A stretch of DNA of 63,492 nucleotides, filler included, from Reclinomonas americana ATCC 50394 (GCA_048213135.1; 21 parts of 21 records of this genome joined end to end with filler, not necessarily neighbours in it); one strand, 5' to 3'; positions 49,606 to 63,362 are shown, counted from the first letter of the whole stretch. Notes: a model not told the origin generated them from the sequence alone. Translations and numbers: made by a program.

Positions 49606-49980
49606 CGCCGAACGGAAGAAGAAGATGGACTCGGCAGTCGCGCGAATGGCACGAGCAGTGCGCTCATCCTCATCCTCATCCTCGTCCGCCTGCTCCGCGA
49701 ACAAATCGTCGTGCTCCTCCGCTCCTCTGCTTCGCCGAATCGCCGCAGCCTCCAGCGCCGCCACCTGCCGCATCAGCTGCTGCTCAGCGGCCGCGCGATG
49801 CTCCTCCTCTTCCTCATCCATCTCCAAGCGCAACGTCAGCGCCGACCGCGACGATCGCCGTGCCGAAGTCGGCCGCGACGAGTGCGGCGTCATGATCGGA
49901 GGCGTGCGCTCCACACTCAGACACGCTGTGGCCGCTGTCGATGCGCCCGGCGGGGTCGCCGCCGGTGGTGTGCTGCTCAT
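49606..49980 (-). CDS. Uncharacterised protein, 5' fragment
   Basis: ATG at 49980; acidic, coiled-coil-like frame; divergent from TM9SF. Confidence 0.35.
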
Positions 49981-50290
49981 AATCTCAGATCCAAACCACA
50001 CACGCGTGCCACCCACAAAAATCTCGGACTGTCACTCAAGCAATGTTCGAAAAAGAGCTCACAACCGTCCAAATCACGCACTCCGCCGTCGAAATGGACT
50101 CGATGAAATGTTGAATGCATCACACAAAGTCACTGTTATCACCATCGTCCTCTCTCATGCTGCATGCCCTCCTGTGCAGCGGCATGTCGGGAAACAAAGA
50201 GAATGTGGGGAAAACCGCACTTTTTTTTTTTGATGAGGCGGACAGTGGGGGCTCGCTGCAACGCGATCTGTCCTCTATTGTCTTACGCAA

Positions 50291-51647
50291 ATGCACAGAC
50301 CGCCATTGCTGCTGCTGCTTCTGCTGGTGGCAGTGGTCGCTATAGTGGTGGTGCCAGCAGCTGCGCAGTTGCCGGGCATGTCTGCGCGCTCATATGCAGG
50401 CAAGTTCACTTTCGTTTTTTCGCCACTGTCGTCATGCACACACACACACGAGTGCACTCTCACTTGCACATGCACACACATTGTGAGAGAGCGAGAGATG
50501 GTAGCATGTGTGCTGTGTGGCAGAGAGTGTGTGTGAGAGAGCGATGGCCATGGCAACACCCTGCGTGTGTGTCACACGTGTCTTGGCGCGCGCTGTGTGC
50601 GCTTGTGCGTGTGCGAGTGTGATCATTCACACTTTGAGCGTTCGCGGTCGCAGACGATGAGGAGCTCGACTTGAAAGTCAACGCGTTGACATCGTCCAAG
50701 GTGCGTGTCTCTCTCCCTCGATCGAGTTGTCCTCACACACACACTCTCTCTCTCTCACTGCACAGACACAACTGCCGTACGAGTACTACACTCTGCCGTT
50801 CTGCCAGTTGCGTCGATGCTGCGGCGCTTGTCATTCTCAATCAACGCTGCTGACTTGCACATTCGCAGACCGAAGGATGGCATTCGTCAGGCGTCGGGTG
50901 CGGACAGAGTGCAGTGGGGGGAATCGCTCCTGCATGTGCTGTTGGCTGACTGTTGCTGGCGATACTCACAGAGAACTTGGGCGAGTTGCTCTTTGGCGAT
51001 CGCATCGAGAGTTCGGCGTACACGGTTGCGTTGTGGAGCGCGTTCTGGGTGTGTGAATCGCAAGCGATCTTCTAAATCGCGTGCACACAGCTCAAGATGA
51101 TGCAAAAGAAGACATGCAGCATCCTGTGCGATCCGACATACGACGCCACGCAGATGGCGGCCTTTGCACAGCGCATTCAGGAGGAGTATCGTGTGAACAT
51201 GTTGCGTGGCGGCGTCGATTCGATTCGGTGAGTGGCTGGCTGGCAATTCACTTTCACTGGCGCAGGTTGTTGGACGGGTTGCCGGCGTCGGTACTCAAGG
51301 GCAGCGGCACTTACGAGATCGGCTTTGAGCTGGGATTCCTCGGCGATCCAGAGGTTACTCGCTTGCCACGCGCGTGTTTGTGTGCGTGTGTGTTCCGTCA
51401 TCCTCACGCCCGTGGCACCGCAGCTGTACCCCAACACAAAAGCCAATGTGCCATACATTTATAATCACCTCGATTTCACCGTCAAGTACCACACTGAACC
51501 GTCGTTCACGGGCAAGCGTGTGGTGGGCTTCGAGATCAAGCCCGTCAGGTATGTGCTCGGTTTTTTCCTCTTATCATCCGATCACGACACACTCACCGAC
51601 CATTGTGTCGCCAGTGTCAAGCACGAGCCTGATCCAGAAAAGCCCCT
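50291..51647 (+). CDS. Transmembrane 9 superfamily (EMP70/nonaspanin) protein, luminal part
   Basis: Signal peptide, LPGM, LKVNALTS.KTQLPYEYY.LPFC, ENLGELLFGDRIESS.Y, EEYRVNMLLDGLP, YIYNHLDF.VKYH, RVVGFEIKP.SVKH. Confidence 0.92.
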
Positions 51648-51747
51648 NNNNNNNNNNNNNNNNNNNNNNNNNNNNNNNNNNNNNNNNNNNNTTAATTAAT
51701 TAANNNNNNNNNNNNNNNNNNNNNNNNNNNNNNNNNNNNNNNNNNNN

Positions 51748-51839
51748 TCGTGTGTGTGTGTCGTCGTCGTCGTCTCGTTCTCGTCGTGTCGTCGTCGTCC
51801 GTTCCGTTCGTCGTCGTCGTCGTGTGTGTGTGTCGTCGT

Positions 51840-51932
<93 letters not shown>

Positions 51933-51960
51933 CTGGTCAGTGCGTGTGTGTGTGTGTGTG
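51748..51960. repeat. (TG)n/(TCG)n compound microsatellite
   Basis: Direct reading. Confidence 0.95.
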
Positions 51961-52016
51961 GCCGTGCATAGGGGGGAGTGCGCGCGTGGCAGTGTGTGTC
52001 TTTCTGTTCACACGTA

Positions 52017-52605
52017 CCCGATTAGCCAACAAGGCGGCTTCCTGCTCCTTGGTGACCTTGAAAAAGCCTGCAAGGCTTGTCACGTTGATCTTGAGGGTGT
52101 GTATGCGGTCCCTCACGAAGCCGTCGGTCTGCCGCACCGAGGCGTTCCTTCCGGACGCAGAGGAGATGATAACCACATCACCATTCTTCAGCGCGCCTGT
52201 CTCCAGGACGGCCTGCGCCACACGCGGCAGCGGATAGTGCACGACGTACACGCTGGACGGCTGTGTGCATGCATGACACGTGGTCGTTGAGTGACGGATA
52301 GCGCGTGAGTGGTGTGCGACAGGACGACTTCTCACCGTGTCCTCCGGATCCCGACTGGCACAGTCGTGAAGCATGAAGGACATCGCCCACTGAGTCCTCG
52401 GCTCACCGCCAACGCGGCCCGCAGCCGCATTGGGACCGACGTTGATCTGCTTCGTCTCCAGTGCGGAGACGCGACCACAGACGACAAAGCTCCGGAACGC
52501 AAAGGTCGCGTTGAGCTCGTTGAGCGGCGTACGGCGTTGCAGAACGCTTTCCAGCAGCGGTGCATCAGCCGTGTTGAAGGAGAAAGGGGCAGAAGATTCG
52601 CTCAT
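52017..52605 (-). CDS. Uncharacterised protein, possibly an OB-fold N-terminus (3'-truncated)
   Basis: FVVCGRVSALETKQI...MSFMLHD...LKNGDVVIIS beta-rich pattern. Confidence 0.35.
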
Positions 52606-52774
52606 AGGAGAAGGAGAAGAGAAATAGTAACCAAGCGTGCGTTTCGAGTTGCGTTTTATGACCGCGAATCGGAGGAATACGGTACGTACGGTAGAATGCG
52701 TTTCGCATGTCCTATGTCTGTGAAAACTTCCGATGTGACCGCGAAACGGAGAAGGTTGTATACAATACTATGTA

Positions 52775-52854
52775 AACGGAAACCTGTCATCCGGAGAAAC
52801 CATGAAAAACGAACAACGGAAACCTGTCATCCGGAGAAACCATGAAAAATGAAC
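52775..52854. repeat. Two tandem 40-bp direct repeats (39/40 identical)
   Basis: AACGGAAACCTGTCATCCGGAGAAACCATGAAAAA(C/T)GAAC at 52775 and 52815. Confidence 0.9.
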
Positions 52855-53465
52855 TTTCGTGACAGGTTGCACCTCCATTCCCGGCAGATTTCAGCAACAT
52901 GCTTCCTGTGCCCGATGCCCAGGTCCGTTCAGCGTGCCAGCTCACCATTCGATGGCCACGAATGTGTTCCACCACCTCCCGAATATACTTCCGAGTTACT
53001 CTGAACTTCCATCGAGCAAGAGGCTTCACGAAATTTGGACCAAAAACCCGCCTGGGGACCCCGTATGCCGGGTTCCGTAATTCCCCCGGTCAGTCCGATC
53101 CTGCTGCCCGTTCACCCGTCACCCATACACCCGGCGGGTGCAATGGCTGGGTGGACAATTGCGCTCGCACTCCCACGGACGTAACGCACCGACGGACGCA
53201 CACGTGTACACACGCACTCGGCCGCAGGCGGGGGGTTTTATTGAAGACCCTTAACAAGCTGGCAAGCGCAGCGCGCAGCACGCAAGAGGTGAGAGGCAGT
53301 GTGCGTGTGCGCACGTGTGTGTTGATCCTCAATGACCACAGTACTAGTTCTTGTAGTGCACGTATAAGTGAGCGAAAAGATGTGTTTGGGGGGTGTGTGC
53401 ATGGAAATGTCTCGCACTCGCGCGCCTCTAACTTATATTTGCGCGCTCGCACAGCTTCAGCAAAC

Positions 53466-56400
53466 ATGGCGACTGCGCCTGCTGGGTTTTTGTTGCTCTC
53501 GGCGGGCCCGGTGGAGCACCCACTGCCCATGGATCCGTGGCAGCAAGCTATCGACGCGCTCGCCGACGAAGCGCAAGCATCGCCAAGTTTGCATGCCTTG
53601 CTTCTTGCGCAGCGACTGGCCAATGTTGGCAGCCCAGCGCCAGATGACTTCAAGCTCCTTTGCGAGATCGGCGCAGATGACTTGCGCCCTCTACTTGAGC
53701 GGAAAGCACGTCGTGGGCACAGGCCTGATCATCAGTGCGCATTCGCGTTCGAACCATACATCCGCTCTCTTTTCGTTACGTGCTTGTCGTGTCGATGCCT
53801 CGGCCTCTCTCTCTCTTGCTCACATACTTGTGAAACATGCAGCTTCATCGACTGCTGGTGAGCAAAGATCAATTCATGGCGTCTCTCTCACCGGAAAGGC
53901 GTCGCATTTGCGAGGACTTCCAGAGGGACGTTGTTGTGTATGAAACGAGAAATGCAGATGTATTGTTGAGCGAGGAAGGTGAGTGATGAGTGAGGAGAGC
54001 TGTACGCTCCCTGCGGTTGCCATTCAGAGCTTAATTACTTCGCACCACAGTCTCCGCCATGCACGCCGCACTCGTTTTTACATATGTGGGAGAGAAGACT
54101 TCACGTGGTCGACCCGACAAGGAGCGCAGATTCGATCTGCCGGCCACCAGCGACGCGCGGCTGATGTTTCTCCTCCTCCTCGTCGTGCAGTTGCGAAGTG
54201 ATCGATCGGTTCTTCTTCTCTGCCGCAAGACTACTCACCGTCCTGGCTGTGCGTGCATGCCCAGTGCGCCCAGCTTGTTCGCTTCGACGGACCTCGCACA
54301 CACGACTGCACTGCTAGGCACTGTGCAGGAGGCATTCAAGAGGCTCTCAGCAGGATCCCGCGCTGCAGCTGGCCATGGAAAGAAACCGGCGCTGGTGGTG
54401 CCCTCTCACGTCCAGGACTTTGCCACAACCGCGTCAATTTGCCTCCTACGGTGGAACGTCACGCAGCAACAAGTTTTCTGTGTGCCACCCGAGACTCTGG
54501 CAGCTGTGGATTTGGTGGCAGAGGTCGGCCGCCTCATGAGTCGAGCAGGGGATGGCATTGTGGTCGGCTTGGCGCAAGCCATGAAATCCAAGTTGTCGCT
54601 TCGAAAGTGCGCGCGGATGCCTAAAGTTGTTGTAGGTGATGTCTCGTGATAATTTACATGCCTTTGTGTTTCCGCAGCTATTTCTCCACCCCAATTTCGC
54701 TTGTGGTGAAGGAGATGCTGCAAGTCATTCGCGACTCGGACCTCTCCCGACTCAGGTATGTTGAACTTTATGTAGACAACACTGTGTAGAGTTACATCTA
54801 ACTGTTCACGCTGGCGTGCAGTGATCATGACGTGGATGTCGTCCACCTGTACGTGCGCGACGAGACGGAGATCGACACAAAGGAAAAGGGGCGCAAGTTG
54901 TTCGAGTCTGGCGCTGTGGGACACTCCTTCGCGGGCTTGTGCGACAAANNNNNNNNNNNNNNNNNNNNNNNNNNNNNNNNNNNNNNNNNNNNTTAATTAA
55001 TTAANNNNNNNNNNNNNNNNNNNNNNNNNNNNNNNNNNNNNNNNNNNNGACAAGAGGATGACTTGCTCCTTTGCAATCACTCACCACACCGCGCACCTGT
55101 GGCTATGGTGCACAGATGACGCGGACCTCGTTGTTCTGCGTGAAGCCCAGCAGAATGCACTGTTCTTGTCGTTCTCTTTCGCCTACATCGGCCAGGAACC
55201 TGCAAGTGCCTACGCCGATGTAAACGACTCTGATGCCGTGAAGCGGTTTCTCGACCACCTACCACAAGCACAGTTGAGGTCAGGGAGCGACCCGTTTGCC
55301 GAAGCGCAACTGAGCCTGGCCACGTTGGCATTCCAGAATGGGCATGCTTCCTTTGCCAGGCTGCTGCACGTGATGACGGATGTGATGCTCTTCGATGGTG
55401 TGTGCTATGCGTGTGTGTTGACTGTGTGTTTGGGAGTGACAGGGACAGGACAGCTGACTATGGTGGATTGATTTCACAGAATTCTACAGTTCATTCGAGG
55501 CCGGTGACGTGGACGCAGCTGAAGCTGTCGTCGCACATGTCGATCGCCTGCGACGGTCGTCCGCCAAGCTGGCGGAGAAGCTGCACGACGCGCTGCAAGA
55601 CTGTCGTTACGTTTCTCTCTGCCATTGGCCAATGCGAGATTTTTCGTTTTTCTCACTCTTTCTCTTTTCGCTTTCTCTCTCCTGTATGCTGCACAGGTGA
55701 CCAATGCAGGAAGCTGGTGTGCGCGCTCTTCCCGGCCGCACCATCAAAGAAGAAAAAGGAGCCCGTAGGTGAGTGACACGTCCGTCAAGCGCGCGCGCGA
55801 AACCTGCATGGCGCACCACTCATACAGCACGTTGCGCTTACACAGCGAGAGCACCTGCTGCCGTGCCGGCGCCGGAGTCCTCCAGCTGCATCCTGAGCAT
55901 CTCCCATCCTGCGGTGCACGCCCCATTGCAACGACTCGCTGACTCGCTGCGGAGATGGGCTGCCCGACTGGCGGCGAAGTGTGTCACTGGTCAGACTTGG
56001 AAGGCTGCGTGTCGTGCAGACGCTAAGGCGTTGATTGAGTCGTGCTCCGCGTGCGTTGCCGATCTGTGCCGTGGCGCCTCAGTCCCGCTCTCCTTGGTGG
56101 CCGTTGCAGAGGCGTTGGAGAACGTCGTCGATCGGCACCAATGCGTGCGGGGGCCAGCTGCCGAGGAGAAGAAGGACGAGGAGGAGGATGAGGTGGAGAA
56201 TGAGGAGGAAGACGACGACGACGAAGTGGTTGACGAGGAAAGATCCATTCGAGGCTGTGCGTGAACCTTGCACTCTTGCGTGTGCCTCACACGCTCAGCT
56301 CACTGATTCTTTGTGCATGGTGTGTGCAGTGCTGTTGGCGCTCATGCGGTGCCTCCAACAGGANNNNNNNNNNNNNNNNNNNNNNNNNNNNNNNNNNNNN

Positions 56401-58905
56401 NNNNNNNTTAATTAATTAANNNNNNNNNNNNNNNNNNNNNNNNNNNNNNNNNNNNNNNNNNNNCACGTGTGTGTTCACCGTTTCAATCGTCGTTTTGTGC
56501 ATTGTGCGTGCGTGCAGCATACGAGAATGTCGCCGTGGCCGCTGTCGCGCCCACCGTGTCTCTTCGTGTGGCTGAGACGAGTCTCATGCTCAAGACACTT
56601 GGGTTGTATCACGCGACTGCGGAGCAGCAACCACAACAACTTGGGCCCGCTGTTAACGTTGTGGACCCGAGTGCACCTGATTCCGGCAACCTGTCTTCAG
56701 TGTGTGAGTTGCTCGGCGAGTGGGCCACCGTAGCAGTGGAGAATGCTCGCAACGCTCTGTCGTCGATGCCGGTGCGCGAGGACTCGTGTCGACAAAGCTG
56801 TGATGTGCCAGATGCTCTCGATGCCGTGGCCCGCGTGCGACAATGCGTGGGGCTCGCCTCTGAGCTGCAGGTGGCGAGGCAGCGACTTGAGTGGCTGACG
56901 CGATGCTCGGCGGTCGACAGGGAGCACGACGTCGACGACGATGACCTTTTGCAGTCATTCATCACGCTGCTCGCCGCCCGCGGTGATGTCGGCGCATCCG
57001 AGCAAGAGGCAAAGATGCTTGTCTCTTGCGGCGTCTACGGATTGCTGCGGGTGGTGGAGATGTTGCCTGGGATCTGGGATCGGGCGGCTGCAAGCGTTGG
57101 CATTATGGACGCCGCCGATGTGGTCGTGCACGCATTGCTCCGCGTTCTGACTTTGGTGGCGGCGTCGGCAGACTCAGCATTCTCGGCCACCGCGTGTGAG
57201 GCTGCCAACGACCTAGGTGCGCACGCATTCTTATGATTGTTCTTCTAGATCTTTTGTATCTCCGTCTCATCCACGAGAGTGCACCGACGGCAGAGACAGC
57301 ATGGCGTTTGCTGCACGTGCGAGGCGAGAGAATTGGTACCGAAGACGATCAAGTACAGCAGCTCCGTGAGTTTGCATTGGCTGCGTGGAACGCTGTCAGA
57401 CACTGTGCCAGCAGCCTTTGCCGCTCTTATCACAAGCAGAATGATGGTACGCACCAATCTCTCTCTCCCTTTCTCACTCTCTTCCTTGCAATTGGTCTTA
57501 CTCTCTCTCTCCTTCGTCTCTCTCTCTCTCTCCCTTGGTCTTTCTCTCTCTCTTCCTCCGTTGGCCCTTCTCTCGCTCTCTCCTTTGGTCTTTCTCTCTT
57601 GCACCACCATCTCACGCACGTCCCCTCCATTGCAGTGTTCGAAGCTCGTGCACACGCATTGCGCATCGACGCACGTGTCAAGGCGCAGCTGACCTCCGCA
57701 ATCCGCATTCACATCGACCTCTTCACGCAGCAGATGCAGTCCGCAGAAGTGTCCGTCGACCAGATTGATGACCCGCACATGTCGCTCCGAGCTGTGTTGA
57801 GTAAGCGTGGCGACCGGGACAAACTGCAGGCGATTGCCGAACTGCGGCGCTCGCTGCAATTGGCCGTGGAGTCAGATCAGCTCATGGAGATTGATGTGGA
57901 CCCGGACGGTGACGTGCCTGCTGTGGCTCGACTCCTGGCCGTTCCCCGTGAGCTGGTTGGCGGAGTGATTGCCTATGTCGACGCGGTACAGCAACACGCC
58001 TGCCGATTGCTGTCTAGCAGCTCCCGACTGACCAGTGCGCTGACCGCCGCTCACGCCGCACATGCGTCGCCGGCTGCTGACGATGAACTGCCGGCCGTTC
58101 AGCGTGCCGAAGTTGTTGCCGCTCTCCTGTGCATTGAGCAACGATGGTTCGACGACTCGCGAGCGCGATTACAAGGACCGCAGCTGTCGGCAGTTCAGAC
58201 GGCGGCCAAGGCCTTGCAGGAGCGGCAGCTGGCGCTCACGGACGCAGATCGTGCCCGACTCCAAGCGCTTCGGCATCTTGACTCTTGCTTGAAGGACGTT
58301 GTCGCGGCCACGGGCACACTCTTCGTCAATGTGGTGTCATGGCGTGCTGTTGCCGGTGTGTACACAGCGATCCTGTTCTCTCTCTCTCTCGCTGTCTTGC
58401 GTTGACGCAATCTTCATCGTACACGTGTTACCAGGCGAAATGGGGAAGGAGCGAAATTGGTCGACGTTGGTTGCCGGCGGCGGCGGAGGAGGAGGAGAAG
58501 CAACCTCTGTCGGTTGGTGTTTCACTCCGTCTCTATGTCTCCCACCGCTCTTCTCTCTCTCTCGCTCATCACTCTCTGGCCGTGCAGCGACAGCGACAGC
58601 CGTGCGAAAGCGCGTCAATGACACTCTCACACGATTCGTGATGGAGACGAAGAACGATGCGGTGTGGCGACGTCGTATGGAGCGCAAACTGGCGACAGTC
58701 GTTATGGAATGCGGCACGAGCGAGTGCCCGCTCGTGTGCGACATTATGATCGCCAAGCGGAAACGTCAGTACATGGACGTCGTTACCAACAGGCGAGCTG
58801 CGGTGCACGGCGACAATGCCGATGCCGCCGTCGCCGCTGCTGTGGATCTGTTCGCCAGCTCGGGTCAGCAGTCTCGCAAGGACAAGGCCATTCTTCGCAA
58901 AAGTG
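53466..58905 (+). CDS. Large uncharacterised helical protein(s), exons spread over three contigs
   Basis: Series of Leu/Ala-rich + strand exons joinable by GT-AG introns; may be more than one gene. Confidence 0.4.
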
Positions 58906-59213
58906 AGCCTCTCTCTCACACACACACGCACACTCTCTCTCTCCATGTATTTCACTCTACTTCATTCTCTCCCTTTCGCTCCTATTACCCTATCCCCACT
59001 CATTCTCCCTTTGCTGCTGTGCTCCTCTCTACCCTTCCCCTTTCTCTCTCTCTCTCTCCCTTCACTCTTCCTCCATTTGCTCTTGCTCACCATGTCATAC
59101 TCATCCTCCCTTANNNNNNNNNNNNNNNNNNNNNNNNNNNNNNNNNNNNNNNNNNNNTTAATTAATTAANNNNNNNNNNNNNNNNNNNNNNNNNNNNNNN
59201 NNNNNNNNNNNNN

Positions 59214-61326
59214 ATCACTCACTTGCACCATCACTTGCAGATTGTTGCCCGTCAGACCAGCCACATTTGACCGCAAGCTACCGCCGCTGATGTTGAACGA
59301 GGACGCGTTGGTGCCGCCAATGATCGTGTACGTCATGATCTGACCCGTGTTCACATCCGTGGACGACAGCGTGCCGATCACCCCATTCAGCGCAAGTGGC
59401 GGAGTGTACGTCAATGATGAGATTGCCAACAGAGTCGGCGCCACATTGACTACGCGACAACATCAGCATGCGACAAGGCTGAACAAAGAAAAGCAATGCA
59501 TATGCAGGTCACACCTTCGTTGATCGTAAACGTCGTGCTCGCTGTCAGAGTTCCGTCGCTCACTTGCACAGTCACTTGCAGGCCATTACCATTCAGTCCA
59601 GACACGCTCGACCGCAAGTTGGTGCCGCTGATGGTAAACGATGCTGCGTTGGTGCCGCCCGTGATCGTGAACGACAGCGTCTGGCCCGTGTTGGGGTCGG
59701 AAGACGACAAAGTGCCAATCACTCCGTTCACGGCAAGCGGTGGCGTGTATGTTGTCGAGGACAATGTCGGTGCAGTAGGTGTCACATTCGCTGACAACAT
59801 CAACGGCGTTTTGCTCAGTCGCCCGACAGACAAACAATGAAACGAATGACGACATCAAACACACCTTCGTTGATCGTAAATGTCGTGCTAGCAGTCAGGG
59901 TGCCATCGCTTACTTGCACAGTCACTTGCAGGCCATTGCCAGCCAGTCCAGATACGCTCGACCGCAAGTTGGTGCCGCTGATGTTGAACGATGTCGCATT
60001 CACGCCGCCCGTAATGACATACGTCAGCGTCTGGCCCGAGTTTGGATCAGTCGACGACAGCGTGCCAATGACTCCATTCGTGGCAAGAGGCGGCGTGTAC
60101 GTCGTCGATGACAGCGTCGGCGCGGTCGGTACCACGTTCACTAACGCCAAGTGACCAACGTCAGGCACACGGCAGACATATCAAAGACACGATAACACCA
60201 ACACACCTTCGCTGATCGTGAAAGTCGTGGTTGCCGTACCGCCTGCACCGTCACTCACTCGCACAATCACTTGCAGATTGTTGCCTGTCAGGCCAGCCAC
60301 ATTCGACCGCAAGCTTGTGCCGCTGATGTTAAATGACGCCTGATTCGTGCCACCGGTGATGGTGTAGGTCAGTGTCTGACCCGTGTTCACGTCGGTCGAC
60401 GACAGCGTTCCGATCACTCCATTCGTGACGAGCGGCGGTGTGTACGTCGACGACGACAGTGTCGGTGCAGTCGGAGCCACATTGACTGTCGCAAACAGCG
60501 GGACACGATGAGAAGAGTGTGTGGGATCACCTCAACAAGCACGCATGACATGCAACCTTCAGTAATCGTGAATGTAGCACTTGCCGTGCCTCCTGTCCCG
60601 TCACTCACTTGCACAGTGACTTGCAGATTGTTACCGGTGAGACCAGCCACACTCGATCGCAAGATCGTTCCACTAATGTTGAACGAAGCCGAGTTGGTGC
60701 CACCCGTGATTGTGTACGTCAGCGTCTGACCCGTGTTCACATCCGTTGACGCCAACGAGCCAATCACTCCATTCACAGCAAGTGGTGGCGTGTACGTCGA
60801 CGATGACAGCGTCGGTGCAGTTGGAGCCACATTCGCTGAACCAGTCACCAACGTCAGTCAAAATGACAGACAACTGAAGAAACTCAGACAGCTACACACC
60901 TTCGCTGATCGTGAATGTCGCACTCGCCGTCAGGATGCCATCACTCACTTGCACAATCACTTGCAGACTGTTACCAGTAAGGCCAGCGAAATTCGATCGC
61001 AAGTTAGCGCCGCTGATGTTGAATGATGCTTGATTCGTGCCACCGGTGATAGTGTACGTCAGTGTCTGACCCGTGTTGGGGTCGGTCGACGACAGGGTGC
61101 CAATCACTCCATTCACAGCGAGCGGTGGCGTGTATGTTGACGATGACAGCGTCGGTGTCGTCGGCGCCACATTGACTATCATGGCACAGCAAAGTCAGCG
61201 CGAGTTAACGCAGAACGAAGACAACGGAGCACACAACAAACCTTCGCTGATTGTGAATGACGAGCTCGATGTGCCACCTGCTCCATCACTCACTTGCACA
61301 GTCACTTGCAGGTTGTTGCCCGTCAA
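59214..61326 (-). CDS. Tandem cadherin-like repeats (5 complete, 2 partial), one exon per repeat
   Basis: ~93-aa unit NVAPTAPTLSSSTYTPPLAVNGVIGTLSSTD.NTGQTLTYTITGGTN..SFNISG..LRS...LQV.VQVSDG...TFTI.E, separated by phase-1 introns. Confidence 0.8.
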
Positions 61327-61425
61327 NNNNNNNNNNNNNNNNNNNNNNNNNNNNNNNNNNNNNNNNNNNNTTAATTAATTAANNNNNNNNNNNNNNNNNN
61401 NNNNNNNNNNNNNNNNNNNNNNNNN

Positions 61426-61426
61426 N

Positions 61427-61484
<58 letters not shown>
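61426..61484. repeat. (GA)n microsatellite
   Basis: Direct reading. Confidence 0.95.
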
Positions 61485-61487
<3 letters not shown>

Positions 61488-61627
61488 CAAATGCAAAGTA
61501 AATGGCAGGAGTTGAGCGAGGACAGAGGCGGAGAAATGCCGCGCGCGCTGAGGGCGAAAGTGAGCGTGCGTGATCCGCCAACACTCACACAACCTTCCCC
61601 TTCCAGTTCCCCTTCTCCCTCCCTCAC

Positions 61628-62197
61628 CTGCCGTAAAATATACGGTGCTGCCAACACCACCGGCATTGCCTTGCCCCACAGTTCCTGTACCACCTGGAGT
61701 CCCCAGTACAGCAGCACTACCGCCGCCACTGCCACCCGAATTCCCCGGCTTGGTGCCATTCACAGTGCCACCGCCGCCTCCGCCAATCGCAATCACCGTC
61801 GTGCCAATGGACGAACTGGCGCCATTGGCTCCGTTGACGTTGAGGGTGGCGCCCAAGCCACCAGCGCCGACCGTGATGGCGTACGTGGCGCCATCGGGAA
61901 CCACATTGGAGCCAGTGAGCACACCACCCGCGCCACCTCCACCGCGACCAAACCACTGAGTGCCGGCCAGTGCGCCGCCGCCACCGCCGCCGCCGGCCAC
62001 CACCAAGTGCTCGCGGTTGACGCTGCCGGCGGGGATGCTCAGTGTGCCGCCGTTGGTGCTCGTAAACGTGTGCACTGTGTAGGTGAAGCCGCTGGCGTTG
62101 ACGGTGGTGATGGTGCCGCCGGTGCCGAGGAGCGTGACTTGCGCCGAGGCCAAGGTCGCGAGCAGAGAGAGGATGATGATGATGGACAGTGCGACGC
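61628..62197 (-). CDS. Signal peptide plus glycine-rich domain exon; probable N-terminus of the cadherin-repeat gene
   Basis: VALSIIIILSLLATLASA-Q; TGGTITT...YTVHTFTS, LVVAGGGGGG, GGGGAGG, YAITVGAGG, GGSGGG. Confidence 0.65.
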
Positions 62198-63362
62198 CTG
62201 CGTTGTTGTTGAATAATGAGTGCAAACTCCGCGCGCGCGAGTGTGCGTGAGAGAGACGTGCGAGAAGAAACCAGTGAGGGAGAGAGAGAGAGAAACTGGA
62301 GTGGAACATTTTATGCGTGCGTGACAGGCGCAAAGTGCATGTGTGCGTGCATGTGTGAGGGAAAGAGAGAGTGTGTGTGCACGACAACAAAGTGTGCGTG
62401 AGTGCGTGAGAGCGAGTGATAAATGCAGACGCACCTGGTTTGCATTGTGCGTGTCTCCGTTGCGGGAGAATGTCACATAGCATTGTGTGAGTGTGTGCAC
62501 ACACTCGGGCACACACACGCGCAGTCGGAGGAGTGCGTGTGCGCGGGGAAATGAGACGCAAGAAAAATAATCAGACAAATATCGGCTCGTTCGTCGACTA
62601 ATGGAACGGTGGAAATATTGTCGGTAGCATTCCGCCCGCCAGCAGCTTTGCAGACCGCTGGTCGCAGCATATGCAATTGTCAAAACAAACACCAGTCTTG
62701 AGGGCAGTGGCACGTGGAATTGGAGATTCATAAGTCGAACAAGCGCAAGTGTGGTTGAACAATGGATTTGACGCATTTTCCAACCCAAAATGGTCGACAC
62801 ATCAAAGTCGTGAAAGGCCAGCATTATGAGACAAAGTAAAGCCGGGTCCGGATCCGTGAAGCATGCAAAACAGTGAATGCGAAGTCGTTGATAATGAGTT
62901 TGTTTTTCTAGATCTTGCAAAAACGCCAGCTTTGCCATCTCGATCTCGACTTTCTCTCGGGTTTTCCGTAATGTCTGAGTTTCTGGTGCTCACTCAAGAT
63001 GGTGATCATCATGTAGCTGTGTTGCTGTTTGGATTCGGAAAGTTGTTTCAATTGTTGTGACGAAAGTAAAGCGCTCGTCATGCAGGACGCGCGGAAGAAA
63101 TCAATCGTCGCCATGCAGCCACCGTCGCTGCGCACTCTCCTCCTCCTCCTCTCTCTCTTACTTTGCTGCAGCCTCGCCTCCGCCTGTCAACCACCTGTGC
63201 AACTCGATTTTGGAGCACGCACAACGTCGGAGTGTGACACAGTGTGGCGATGGGAGGTGCAGTCGTGCCAGGCGCCGCCGCAGTTGAGCGCGCGATTGGT
63301 GTTTCGGAGGTTGTGTGATGGCGAGGAGGCGGTGGTGTGGAGTGCGCCAGCGGCACCGGTGC

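Noticed and set aside
51750..52290. Cys/Val-rich or His/Thr-rich ORFs throughout the eukaryotic part
   Set aside because: They are translations of (TG)n/(CA)n microsatellites and introns.
62580..63060. AT-richer stretch as a possible ncRNA or mobile element
   Set aside because: I could not identify a fold, terminal repeat or coding motif by eye.
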